Positions 1 through 11,635 of a stretch of 64,000 nt of DNA are shown here, piece by piece. Location: the NCBI GenBank assembly GCA_004431415.1, contig QPMI01000508.1:109429-173428 (forward strand), in the 5' to 3' direction. This DNA comes from Cyanophora paradoxa CCMP329 (Eukaryota; Plantae; Glaucophyta). The translations under genes were made by a program, and so were the position numbers. Below the pieces are notes generated by a model. It was not told where the DNA came from and searched no databases. It saw only the letters and a list, made by a program, of their open reading frames with translations. Every line of letters starts with the position of its first letter. Within the stretch, counting starts at the first letter, position 1.

Positions 1-766
1 TCAGATCGGACGTCGACTCGCCGCGGCCGACGTCCTTGCAATTGTGACCAGCTTTCTGACCTTGATCGTCACCATAATCAGCGGGCCCTGCTGCAAAATT
101 ATGCATATATATAACCGCGCGCCCGCCCCCACGCGCGCGGTTTAAATTTGTTGTTTAAAATTCGCGCGCCCGGCGCCGGCACCTTCGCAGAAGAAGCCCG
201 TTGTCGACATCCTGAAGAAGCCTTTGGAATGCGAGAGCTGGAACCGTCGCTGGCAGCGCCATGGACGAGCTTCTGGTGCCGCGGATATCGATGCGCGCAG
301 CCGCGCGGGGCGGACGACGCCAACGAGCTGAGGATGTTCGCTGATCCAGGCAGGCCTAGGCGGCGCGCAGGCCGGTGGAAAGCCGATCGCGGCGCCGTGT
401 GCAAAGCTCGCGCGCTTCATCGGTCTATTTTTCCAACGGGGTACAGGAGGCCGGGGAAATTGTCTACCCCCGGGCCTCGCATGCGTAGCAGCCCGCGGCC
501 TCTTTTTTTAAATCTTCACGCCCGGCGGCCCCTCCCGGAGCCCTCTCGTCCCTATTCCACCGAAGCCCACATGCATCCACTCTGAAGAGTCTTTCATGTC
601 GGCTAGCCGGCGCCCCTGATCACGAGCGGCTGCTACTGCACAATCCATTGCCAAGTTGAAAACGAGGCCGTACACATAATCTGGCATAATCACCTAGCAC
701 TACTCGATGAAGCCCGCGGTGCGGCCGGAGCTGCCCGCGAGGCTAGTCCGCCACGAGCTCGAGGGC

Positions 767-3700
767 TCACGGGCAGAGCTTGCGGAGGCACGAGTTGCAG
801 GCTGCGGGCGCGGGGTGAGCGAGGGGGCCAGCGGCGGCCGGGCGGGGCGGGCGGGCGGGCGCACTCTCGTCCTCGACGACGCCCTGCTGGCCGTAGGGGG
901 AGAGCGGGTCCGCCGCGGGGCGGAACTGGCTCGAGCCGTACGCGCTGCCGGTGCGCGACGTGTTGCCGTACATCGACATCGGCCTGCGCGCGGGACGGCG
1001 TCGGCGGCGCCGGCGGCGGGGCGGGGCGGGGCGGGGCGGGGAGGGCGGGGAGGGCGGGGCGGGGCGGGGCGGGCGGGGGGCGGACCCCATGGACATGGCG
1101 TTGGGCTCGCCGACGGGCCCCCGCGTGGAGGCGTACTCGTAGACGTAGGCGTTGAGCGCGGGGTCGAAGCGCTTGGTGTACTCGCTGCGGTTGCCGATGC
1201 GCATGCCGACGTGGCCCCAGACGTCGACGAGGTAGGGCCAGATCTGCCACATGAACTGCACGAGGCAGAGGACGAAGAGCCAGAAGGCGAGGAGCTTCCA
1301 GAGGGCGCAGGAGAGGCCGCGGTTGCCGCCGTCGAGGGCGATGGAGCGGACGATGAGGAGGGCGATCGCCTCGACGATGCACGTGATGACCTCGATGACC
1401 GTGTTGAGGGTGCGCGCGAAGGGGCGGGCGACGATGAGGTAGACGACGTGGACGGCCTCGAGGACGAGGAGCGTGATGCACTGGCGCGGGGCGTCCGAGC
1501 CGAGGCCGAGCACCGCCGCCTGCACCAGGCGCTTGCCGAGCTCGACGGCGGGGAGGTAGAGGAAGCCGCCGAAGCGGGCCGTGTACTTGCGGAAGAGCGA
1601 GCCGTGCATCTTGTGGAAGCTCTCGCCGCCGCGCGCCGCCTGCCAGACGCCGACGACGCCGAAGAGGCCGCTGCTCTGGTAGCGGAAGTTGGCGAAGCGG
1701 GAGAGGGCCTTGCGGGCGACGTTGACGAGGAGGAAGAGGAGCAGGAGGCCGACGACGGCCGTCACGAAGAGGACGACGATCCACGCGACGACGACCTTCC
1801 AGTCGGTGCCGCCGCGGTGGTACGGGGAGCCGTGGAAGCGGAGGACGCGGAAGGCGTGCAGCGCCGCGCCGTAGGCGAGGGCCGCGAAGACGTAGTAGAT
1901 CATCTTCCACCAGGAGCGGCGGCCGGAGACGTGCTCGCGGCGGTGCGCGGGGATGCAGCAGGTCTTGTACGCCATCACCGCCAGCAGGCCGAGCACGGGG
2001 ACGACGAGGAGCCAGACGAGGGACCAGGCGGCGTTGTTGTCCGACCAGAGGTAGAGCTGGTCGATCGGGCAGCGGTTGTCCTCCGAGGGGAGGGGCTCGC
2101 TGCGGTAGATGAGGTGGCCCGGGTAGGCGTCGCGCATGGGCTGGTTCTTGAGGGGCAGCCAGTGGAAGGCCCAGTGGAAGACCGAGTAGAAGGAGATGAG
2201 GCAGCGGTCGAAGCTGACGTCGAAGGAGACGAGCGAGGCGATGAAGAGCACGAACATGATGACCGAGAGCTCGTTGCCGAGCTTGTTCCCGTACATCGCC
2301 GCGAGGATCGCGCACGCGATGCTCATCCACACGAGGCCCGTCAGCACCGAGGCCGCCAGCGCCGGCGGGTGGTCCTTCACCGCCTTGGTGATCTCAACGC
2401 GGTACGCCGCCCTGCGCCGAGACGCGCCGTCGGCCGCCGCCGCGGGCCCGAGGGCGGGCGGGGGGCGGGGGCCGGGCCGCGCACGCGTCCTTGAGGCTCT
2501 GCGAGTCCTGCACCTGCAGCACGAAGTCGTACGTGCCGGGGCGGACGTTGCAGATCTGCCGCCCGGCCCCGCCCCGCGTCGGCGACGGAGAATGGCCGCG
2601 CGCGGGGCGGGGCGGGGGGTCACCTTGAGCTTGGGGTCCTCCGGGGGCGTGCCGGTGGCGCGGAGGATGGCGGGGTCGGCGCCCTCGGGGCCGGCCACCT
2701 GCGTCCACTTGTACGCTGCCCCCCGCCCCGCGTCGGGCCGCGCCGCGCCACACGGGGCGGGGCGGGGCGGGGGCGGGGCGGCGGACCGCGGACGTCGTTG
2801 TTCTTGTCGAGGACCTTGCCGCGGATGTCGAAGCCCTTCTCGTGGTTGCCGAACATGTCGAACTCGTACACTGCCGGCCCGTCGGCCCCGCGAGGCGGGG
2901 GCGGGGGCGGGGGCGGGGGCGGGGGCGGGGCGCACGGCCGGCGAAGTTGGCGCCGAGGGAGCGGACGGCGCCCGTGTCGTGGACGATCTCGGGGCCCTGG
3001 GCCGGGGCTGCGCGCGCCCCCCGTCAGCGGACCGGCGGGCCGGCGCGGCGGGCCGCGCACTGGGCGAGGGGGACGGCGTGGGCGAGGGGCTCGGGGAGGG
3101 GCTCGGGCTCGGGCTCGGGCTGGGGGAGGGGCTGGGGCTGGGGGACGGGCTCGGGGACGGCGACGGGCTCGGGGCTGCCCCGCGCGTCGGCGGCCGGGCG
3201 GTGGGGCCTAGAGGGCGGGCGGGGCGGCGCACTCGGCGGCAGGCTCGGGCTCGGCGTCGGCTCGGCCTCGATCTTGGCGGGAAGTCTGCGGGGCGGGGAG
3301 GTGAGGCGGGGCGGGGCGGCCCGGCGAGGCGAGGGGGGCGCGCACAGTGGGCGGCCGACTTGTAGGCGTAGTTGGAGAAGACTGCGGGGCGGGGGCGGGT
3401 GAGGGGGCGGCCCGGGACGGGGCGGGGCGGGGCGGGCGGGGGCACCCTCGATGTCGCCCTCGGTGTCGCCGCGGATGGTCGGGGGGGCCTCCACGTGCAC
3501 CTGCCCCCGCCCGTCGGCCGGGCCGCCGCGGGAAGCAGGTGCGGGGCGGGGCGGGGCGGGGGCGGGAGCGGGGGGCGCACCCAGTTGACGCCCTGGCCGT
3601 GGAGGGCGGCGGGGAGGTTCTGGATGCGGACCTCGCCGATGTCCGTGCCGGCGCCCAGGTTCTCGCCTGCCGGCCGCCCCGCTCGGGCTCCGCGCGGAGG

Positions 3701-5870
3701 GGCGGGGCGGGACGGGGCGGTGCGGGGGGGGCGGACCCATGATGACGACCTGGTCGCCGGGCTTGATGGAGACGGACTTCTTGGCGGTGCGCGAGCCTGG
3801 CAGGAAGACGAGCACGTTCTTGATCACGCCTGCGCCCGCCCTCCGCCGTCAGCGGGGCCGCGCGGCGTCGGGGCGGGGCGGGGCGGGGCGGGGCGGTGCG
3901 GGCCCTGGGCGACGACGCGGCGGATGGCGCGGTTGTTGGCGTCCGCGACGTAGAGCACGCCGTTGATGCGGTCCAGGTACATGTCTGCCCGGGGCCCCCC
4001 CGTCACGCCCCCGCCGGCAGCGAGGCGCCGGCCGGCCGGCGGCGGGGGCGGACCGGAGGGGCCGTCGAAGGAGACGGCGGAGCCCTGGCCGTCGGCCGAG
4101 CCGCGCGAGCCGCCGGCGATCAGCTCCGGCTCCTTGCCCGGCACCACGCCTGCGCGGCGGCCCGGCTCGGGCGGCGGCGGCCCGGCGGGCGGGGCGGCGG
4201 GGGGCGGGCGGACGGTAGATGGCGTTGTTGGCCGTGTCGCAGGCGAAGAGCAGGCCTGGAGCGCGCGGCGTCAGGTCTGCGCTCGAGGCGCGGCGCGGGG
4301 CTCGCGGAGAGGGCGCACCGTTGTACGAGTCGGTGGAGACGGCCTGGATGCTGGGGGTCTCCGAGCGGGCGGGGAACCGCACGTCCTTCATCTGGCCTGC
4401 GCCCGCCACCCCGCGTCGGCCCGCCGCCCGCCACGCACGCGCGCAAGTCCGCCGGGGCGGCGGTGGAACGAACCGGCCATGCCGTCGAGGGCGGAGAGCT
4501 TCTCGGCGCCGTAGGCGACGTAGACGAAGTTGGTGCGGAAGTTGTAGCTACGCCGCCCCGAGTCGCACGGCGCCCCGGCGCTGCGGGGCGCGGGCGCGGG
4601 CGAGGCCGGCGGCACCTGATGCCCTGGATGGTCTTGCCGCGGTAGTAGCCGAGCGAGTCGGGGATGAGGGTGTCGACGGAGATGCCGCCGGCCTTCTTCG
4701 GGTCTGGAGGCGGCGTCAGGCGCCGCCGCGGCGGGCGGGGCCCGGGCGGGGCGCGGGGCACCGTTGGTGGTGATGCGGACGACGCGCTCGCCGTCGCTGC
4801 CGGCGGGGCCGCCTCGGCGCCGGGCGCGCGCGAGGCGGGCGGGTGGGCGGGGCCGCACCCGACGTAGAAGGTGCGCGAGGCGCGCTCAAGGAAGAGGAAG
4901 GAGAGCTCCGCGAAGCCGCAGTCGGTCGCCCCGCCGTCCTTGCTCACGCGCTGGCCCGAGCCGGCGAAAGTCGTCACCGTCGCCTGGCCGCCGGCAAGAG
5001 AGATCTTCCGGATGCGGTTGTTGCCTGCCCGCCGGTCGCTCAGCACAGCGGGCGCAGAAAGGAATCAATGAGGAAGGACTAAATCACCCGCGTCGGCGAC
5101 TGCGCGGGACGGGGTTAGCGGGCGCGGAAGGGAGGACTGGAGAGCGAGGAAAGGAACGCGGACCGTAGAGGATCTTGTTGATGGTGTCGTAGGCGAGGTC
5201 GACCGGCCTGGTCGCCACGTCGGTCGAACCGCCCGCGGATGGGGGCGAACGGATCGGGCCAAGCTCACCGGTTGAACATGGCGCTCGCCGCCACGACGTT
5301 GTCGACGAAGCCAGCCGCCTGGCTGCCGGCCAGAACCGTCGGATTGCCAGCGGCGTCCAGCTTGTAGATCTGGCCATCGGGGCGTCGGTTACGTTGTTCC
5401 GGATTCTCAAACTGAAGATCGGGAACGATGAGCTTTGCCGCAAGACTGCACCTGGTTGGAGTTCTCGAGGAGGACATAAACCGTCGATGTCGCGTCGTCC
5501 ACCGTAAGAGCAATCGGGCGAGCCGGCAGGTTCGATGCAACGGTCGACGTCGTGCCGATAACCCTGTGGCGAAAGAGGCGGGTGCGTCAGCCAGCTAGCC
5601 GGTCCGACCGTCGACGTAGCGAATCGTTCAAATCGACGCTGGGGCAGGGGTTGGGGCAGCGCACTTCTCGGCCGGCGGAGCCGCCATGTGGTCGTAATCG
5701 ACTGCGAAGGCGAGCCGGGTCAGCCGGTCGCACGGCGAAAACGATGCGCCGAGTAACGGCTGAGGTAACCGGGCCGCACCATCCTGTGCTTCGAGCGTGT
5801 CCGACGGCCCGGCGAGCGCCGTCGTGGCCAGAAGGGCCACGAGGGCGACGCAGATCGCCCAGCGCCTCAT
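767..5870 (-). CDS. Multi-exon membrane protein: signal peptide, NHL-repeat beta-propeller, (Ser-Pro)n linker, multi-pass TRP/FLC-like C-terminal TM domain
   Basis: ATG 5870 MRRWAICVALVALLATTALA (signal peptide). NHL-like exons: GNNRIRKISLAGGQATVTTFAGSG, DMYLDRINGVLYVADANNRAIRRV. (SP)n tract. TM region with RFGGFLY...RPF..TLN..E pattern. Many short introns; exact exon structure not fully resolved. Confidence 0.7.
3065..3175 (-). repeat. Coding microsatellite encoding a (Ser-Pro)n extensin-like linker
   Basis: Translates to PSPSPSPSPSPS... in ORF 767..3580. Confidence 0.8.
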
Positions 5871-6022
5871 CCCTTTTTTTGATGACCTGAACTACCGTAC
5901 CCCGCCAGACCGACCAAAGCTCTGCCGCTCCGCTCCACGGTCAGGGTCCGCTCCACGAACGATTCTGGACGAGTTGAGATTGCACCTTCGACGGTTGTGC
6001 ACCCTCTGCGCCCACCGCGACG

Positions 6023-7004
6023 ATGCCTGGAGCGCCCCTCATCGGCCTGACGACGTCGTACGAGGCGCCGGAGCAGAAGATTCGGCGCGAGTACGTTTCC
6101 AGCGTCGCGGTGCGCAGCGAGGGCCGCGTCGGCGCTCGGCCTCGCCCGTCGCACTCGAATTCTTCGAGCCTGTCGTGCGCAGGAGGCCGGCGGCGTGCCC
6201 ATCATCCTGCCCATGATCGATGACGAGGCGCTGCTGGGGCAGCTGCTCGAATCGCTCGACGGGCTGGTCGTCATTGGCGGGCCTGCAATTACTATGGCGC
6301 GCGCTCCACCGCCGCTGTCCCGGCCCTCGCCGGCCGCCAACGGGTGCGCAGGGGCTCGTCGGAGATGTGCCGGCGGACCTGTCGCCGACGGACCCGCTGC
6401 GCACGGAGAGCGACCTGCGGATCGTGCGGGCGGTGCTGGCGACGCCGAAGCCGATCCTAGGGATCTGCTACGGGATGCAGCTGCTGAACGCCCTCGCCGG
6501 CGGCACAATCTACGCCGACGTGCAGAAGCAGGTCCCCGGCACCATGGTACACAGGTGCGGCCCGCGCGCAGCCCACGGCCAGCGGCCGGCGTGGCGAGCG
6601 CCGCGGCAGCGCGTCGCGGGGCGGGACGGTGCATCCGGCGCGGGTGGAGCGGGGCACGCGGCTGCACGCGCTGCTGGGCGGGCGGGACGAGGTGGAGGTG
6701 AACACGGTGCACATCCAGGCCGTCGCCGAGGTCGGCGGCGGCGACCTCAGCGCGCCCCGCGCCCCGGGCGGCCGCCTGCGCGTCAACGCGCGCGCCCCCG
6801 ACGGTGCGCCGGCCGACCCCGACCGAGCGGGCGGGGCGGGGGCGAGCGGGCGGGGGTGCAGGGGTGGTGGAGGGCCTGGAGAGCGAGGACGGGCGGGTGA
6901 TGGCGCTGCAGTTCCACCCGGAGCGCCTCGGGGCGGACATCCGCGTGCCCCTCTTCCGCGACCTCGTCCAGCGCGCCGCCGCCTTCCGCGCCTCCCGCTC
7001 CTAG
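6023..7004 (+). CDS. Peptidase C26 / class I glutamine amidotransferase-like (gamma-glutamyl-GABA hydrolase PuuD-like), spliced
   Basis: Spliced product has PLIGLT, AGGVPIILP, LDGLVVIGGP, catalytic PILGICYGMQLLN, VNTVHIQAV and QFHPE motifs. Confidence 0.85.
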
Positions 7005-7199
7005 CGCACCGCCCGCCCCGCACCCCGCCCCGCACCCCGCCCCCCCCCCCTCCCCCTCCCCCCCCCCTCTCTCTTCCTCTTCCCCCCCGCCCCTCTCGTG
7101 CCCCGAGACGCGGCGCCGAACCGAACCGAACCCGGGTATTCGAAGGCGGGCCGGCTGGGCCGGCTGCGGGGCGGGGCGGGGCGTGCGGGGCGGGCGGGG

Positions 7200-9158
7200 C
7201 TAGGCCTTGGAGCGGAGGGCGGCGTCGAGGAGCTTGCCGTCGACGGCCGCGCCGCCGGCCGCCAGCAGCGGGCCGAGCTCCAGCTTCCACCTGCCCCCGC
7301 GCCCCCGCCTCGCTCGGTCGGGCCGGCGGGGCGGGGCGGGGCGGGGCGGGGCGGGGCGGGCGGACGCGTCGGCGAGGAAGGCGGCGAGGCCGCCCGGGGG
7401 CAGCTGGAGGGCCTCCTCCAGCCACGCCGCCTCCACCTCCGGCCGGTACCTGCCCGCCCCGCTCGCCCCCGGCCCCGCACCGGCCCGCCCCACGCCCCCG
7501 AGGCGGCGCACGAGCGGGCGGCGGCCCGGAGGGCGGCCCGGCGGGTGCGCGCGGCGAGGGGCTCCGCCAGGCGGCGGAGGAGGGGCCGCGCCCCTCGGCG
7601 GCGGCGCAGGCGCGGAAGAATGCGGCGTAGTTCCCGCCCCGCGCCGCGAGCACCATCTGCGCGCGCGGCGCTCGCCCCGGCGGCGGGGGCGGCGGGGCGG
7701 GGCAGGCGGGGGCGGGGGCGGACGCGGGAGGCGAGGCGGACGGCGGGGTGGTCCTCCAGCCCGAGCTCCGAGGCCGTCCGGAAGGCACGCGCGAGGTCTG
7801 GCCCCGCCCTCAGCCGCGCGCCACGCGGGGCGGGGCGGGGCGGGGCGGGGCGGGGCGGGCCGGCGGCGAGGCCGTGCGTCTCGGCGTAGACGAGGCGGTA
7901 GGCGAGGTACTCGGGGAGGGGGTCCCCCTCCCCCGCACCGGGGGCGAGGCCCCGCGCGAAGAGCGCGAAGAGCTGCGCCTGGCACTGGTTGAAGCCGTCG
8001 GTGTCGCCCTGCTCGATGCACATGCGCCCGTGCGCGACGTACACCTCCACCGCGAACTCGTTCCGGATCCCCTGCACCTGCCGCCCCGCCCCGCCCGTCA
8101 CCGCCGCGCGTCCCGCCGAGCCCTAGCACTGCGCTGGGAGGAACCGGGGGCGCGCCGTCATGTCCTGGCGGATAGAGCGCATCTGGTCGTTGACCCAGTG
8201 CCAGGTGGCGCCGCCGCCGGCGCGCCGCTCCCGCACGTGCGCCAGCGCCCGCTCCAGCACCCGCTGCGGCCGCACCTCCGCCGGGTCCGGCGCCTGGCCC
8301 GCCCCACCGGACCGCCCGCTCGGGCCGCGCGGGGCCGGGGCCGGGGTGGTGGGGCGGGGCGCACGGAGGTGAGGCGGAAGTAGGGCTTCTCGAGGGCGGC
8401 GCTGGTGCCGACGATGGGGGCGTGGTCCGACGCGTCCACGGACCCCTCCTCCGACGCCCCGTCCATCCCCAGCTGCCGCCCCGTCGGCCCCGCCCCGCCC
8501 GCCCGCCCCGGCCCCCGCCCACCTGCATCGCCCGCATCCGGCTCTGCAGCGCCGAGACCGCCCCCGGCCCGGCCGCCCGCGCCCCGGGCGGCTCTGCGAA
8601 GCGCCTCGCCCGCCGCTCCATGCGCACGCGGTCCTCGTCCTCGATCCGCGAGCCCGACCCCGAGCCCGAGGGGCGGCCGCGGCCCGAGGGCGGCCGGTAG
8701 CTGCGAGGGGGCTCGTGCGAGCGGCGGACGCGCGAGAGCCTGCCGGAGGGCACCTCGGCCTCATGCCGTCAAGCCACGCTTCGATGTCCTCCACAAAGGA
8801 CTCCTCGCCCGTCCGAGCGTGCTTCTCGGCCCGCGGGTCAACTCCGGCTGCTTCCCTGCTCGCCCCGTTAGCTTTCGCCGCACGCCGCACGCTGGGGTTG
8901 CAGGCACGCACCTGGGCCGCTTCTGCCTCTCTGCTGGACGACGCGGGGCGCGCAGGCACCGGAGCCGGAGCGAGAGCGGCAGGCCGACCCCGCCGGCCCA
9001 GCTGAGGCGCCTCGCGCCCGGGAGCGAGGCCGCGATTGGTTTCTCGACTCTGCGCACGAACTTGTGAGCGCAGCGGGCGTGCGCGAGGGCTCGCGTACGT
9101 GCGATCTTCCTGATCGGGTTGCGGCCTCGGTCCGCGCAGGCAGCGCAGCCTGAACCAC
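7200..9158 (-). CDS. SAC3/GANP family protein (LENG8/Thp3-like), spliced; start uncertain
   Basis: IVGTSAALEKPYFRLTS|APDPAEVRPQRVLERAL...DQMRSIRQDMT|VQGIRNEFAVEVY..HGR..IEQGD...FNQCQAQL..EYLAYRLVY are SAC3/GANP signature motifs. Confidence 0.75.
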
Positions 9159-9269
9159 AGGCGCGTGTACCGCAGCGTCTTCGCGTCCAGGGTCGAAGAA
9201 AAAGCGCCGATCGGCTCGCCGGGCCGCTTCCTAGGCAAAGACTGCTTGCTTCTGGGTACAGCTGCACTC

Positions 9270-10619
9270 ATGTTCGTGGCGGCCGCCGGCGCGCTCAGGA
9301 CCTCGAAGGCGTACTTCGGATCGCCGCTGCTGTCTGCGAAGAAGGCGGCCATCTGCGTGCCCAAGGCCAACAAGTCGACGACGGCTGCCACGATGAACGC
9401 GCGGCTCGGCAAGCTCGTGGCGAAGGACACGGCGCTCCTCGTTTGCGATGTGGTGCGCATTTGAGTCGTTGGATCCGCGCCGAGCTCGCTGGACCGCCGC
9501 TGATGATGTCGCCACCGCGCGCGGCGGCGCCCGTGCGGCCCGCAGCAAGAGAAGTTCCGCAATGGTGCGTACCTGTAGCTTTAGCTACGTTGTTCTGAAC
9601 GCGTTCTGACGTCGTTCGTCGCCCTTTGGCAGTGATCGACAAGTTCCCGAACGTGGTTCACGTTAGCAAGCGCATGGTGCACTCCTGAGTGGGCCCGCCG
9701 CATCTCCGCGGGCGCGTGGACATGCTTGCCTCCTCGCAGGTCGCGGCGGCAAAGCTGCTCGACATGCCCGTCATCGTCACCGAGCAGTATCCCGAGAAGC
9801 TCGGCAAGACCGGTGCGCGCCGCCCCGCAGTGAGCCGCGCTCGGCCGCCGCTGATCCTCGCGCCGCGTCGCAGTGAGCGAGATCGACCTCGCCCCGGACA
9901 CGCCCGTCTTCGGCAAGAAGAAGTTCTCGGTGCGCGCGGACTGAGGGGCCGCCAGGGGGCCCCGGCGCCGGAGGCGGCCGCGGGGCGCCGCGGGCCGCGC
10001 GAGCGGGGCGCGCAGATGATCATCCCCGAGGTGGAGGCGAAGCTGCGCGAGAAAAACGTGAAGAGCGCGCTCATCTGCGGCCTCGAGGCGCGCCGCCCCC
10101 CTGAGAGGGTCCCCCGGGCCCCGGACGCCGCCTGAGCGCCGCGCCCTCCCCGCAGACGCACGTGTGCGTGCTGCAGACCTTCCTGGACCTCTCCGAGCGC
10201 GGTGCGGCCTCCAGGGCCCCCCGGCCGCCCCGCCGCGAGCGCGCGGGGGCGACGGGCGGCGGCAGGGATCGAGGTGCACCTGCTCATGGACGGCGTCTCC
10301 TCCTCGCGGCCCCTCGAGCGCTACATCGCCATGGAGGCGCCCCGCCCGCCCCGCCCCGCCCCGCCCCGCCGCCCCTGAGGCGTGCGGGCCGCCCCGCAGC
10401 GCATGCGGACGGCGGGGGCGACGCTGACGACGTCGGAGAGCGCCCTCTTCCAGCTCATCGGCAGCGCCGACCACCCCAAGGCGCCCCCCGCCCCGCACCC
10501 CCGCCCCGCCCCGCCGCCCGGCCCCGCGCCGACCCCGCGCGCAGTTCCGCGAGATCAGCGCCCTGGTCAAGGAGCCCTTCCCGATCAAGGAGGCCGGGCC
10601 CCTCGCCGCCAACCTCTAG
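9270..10619 (+). CDS. Isochorismatase domain-containing protein (ISOC1/ISOC2-like), 9 exons, possible organellar transit peptide
   Basis: Spliced by hand: ALLVCDVQEKFR, VIVTEQYPEKLGKT, KKKFSM, CGLETHVCVLQT, DGVSS, TTSESALFQL..A.HPKFREISALVK; stop TAG 10617-10619. Confidence 0.9.
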
Positions 10620-10738
10620 GGACCCCGCCCGCGCCGCGCCTCCGATCCTTCATCTCTGTCTCTTCCAAGAGAACACGCGTTATGTTACACTCCTCAGCTG
10701 CAGCTGCGCGCGGGTGGCGGCGGTCGCACACGCGCCGC

Positions 10739-11406
10739 TCAGTGCGGCGCGCCTGAGACGCGGCCCTGCGCCGGGTTGAACTTCGTGTTCCCCACCACCG
10801 GATCTAGGCGCGAGACGATGTTGTCCCAGCTGCAGCGAGTGCCCAAATGAGCAAGGAGGTACAGCACAGGCGTCGACGCAGCTGCGAGGATGGGAAAATT
10901 ATTGGGTCCCCCGACGCTCCAGCTAGGTGCAACCCGCGTGTGCACGTACGCGGTGCTGCTCAGCGCATGCGCATACGCACCGGTACGGATACTCGCGCTT
11001 GTCGTCCTCCGAGCGCACGATCTGCGCGCACGCATGCGGCAATTGATTTCATGTGCAGCTGTAGCGAGTTCGCGTGTACGCGAGACGGGAGTGCTAAGCG
11101 CTAGCGACGCTTAAGCATAGACGGCGCGAGAGCGGCGGCGGAGAACTCATCGGCGCAGGCGCACGTAGTACGGGTCCTCGTCGGAGGCCTTCACGCGCGA
11201 GCCGTTGAACTCGAAGCTGTCCGTGTGCATCTGCGCATGCGCAGGGGTGCGTGGTGGCCCTCGGCAGCGCGCACGCGTACGCGAGCAAGGGCGGCGCGCC
11301 GTGCGCTATCACGAGCGATATGTGAATTCACCTCGCTGATAAAGCCCCGCCGAACGCCGCCGGAGGTGCGGAATGAGACGTAGTCGCCGCGATTGTACTT
11401 CGACAT
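10739..11406 (-). CDS. Small Hva1/DUF2945-like Tudor-fold protein, spliced
   Basis: MSKYNRGDYVSFRTSGGVRRGFISE|MHTDSFEFNGSRVKASDEDPYY|IVRSEDD resembles the DUF2945 GD.V.....G...G.I...VKAS..DP.Y pattern; last exon tentative. Confidence 0.5.
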
Positions 11407-11635
11407 GGCCTCCTTCTTCGCTGCTTCTTCGCGTCAAACTTGGTCGGGGCGGAGGATCCCTGGGCTGCGCGTACGCGGGCACTCGCTTCTTCGCAAAATG
11501 TCGGGGGGAGCAAACTGTGCGGGCGTACGCGAATCGCGAGTGCACGGGACCTCGTGGGCGTCCGAGCGCGCGCGCAGCGAGTGGAACCGAGAGTGAGCAT
11601 CCAGAAGGTGCCGCGCGCTGCGGCGGGGGGCCGCG

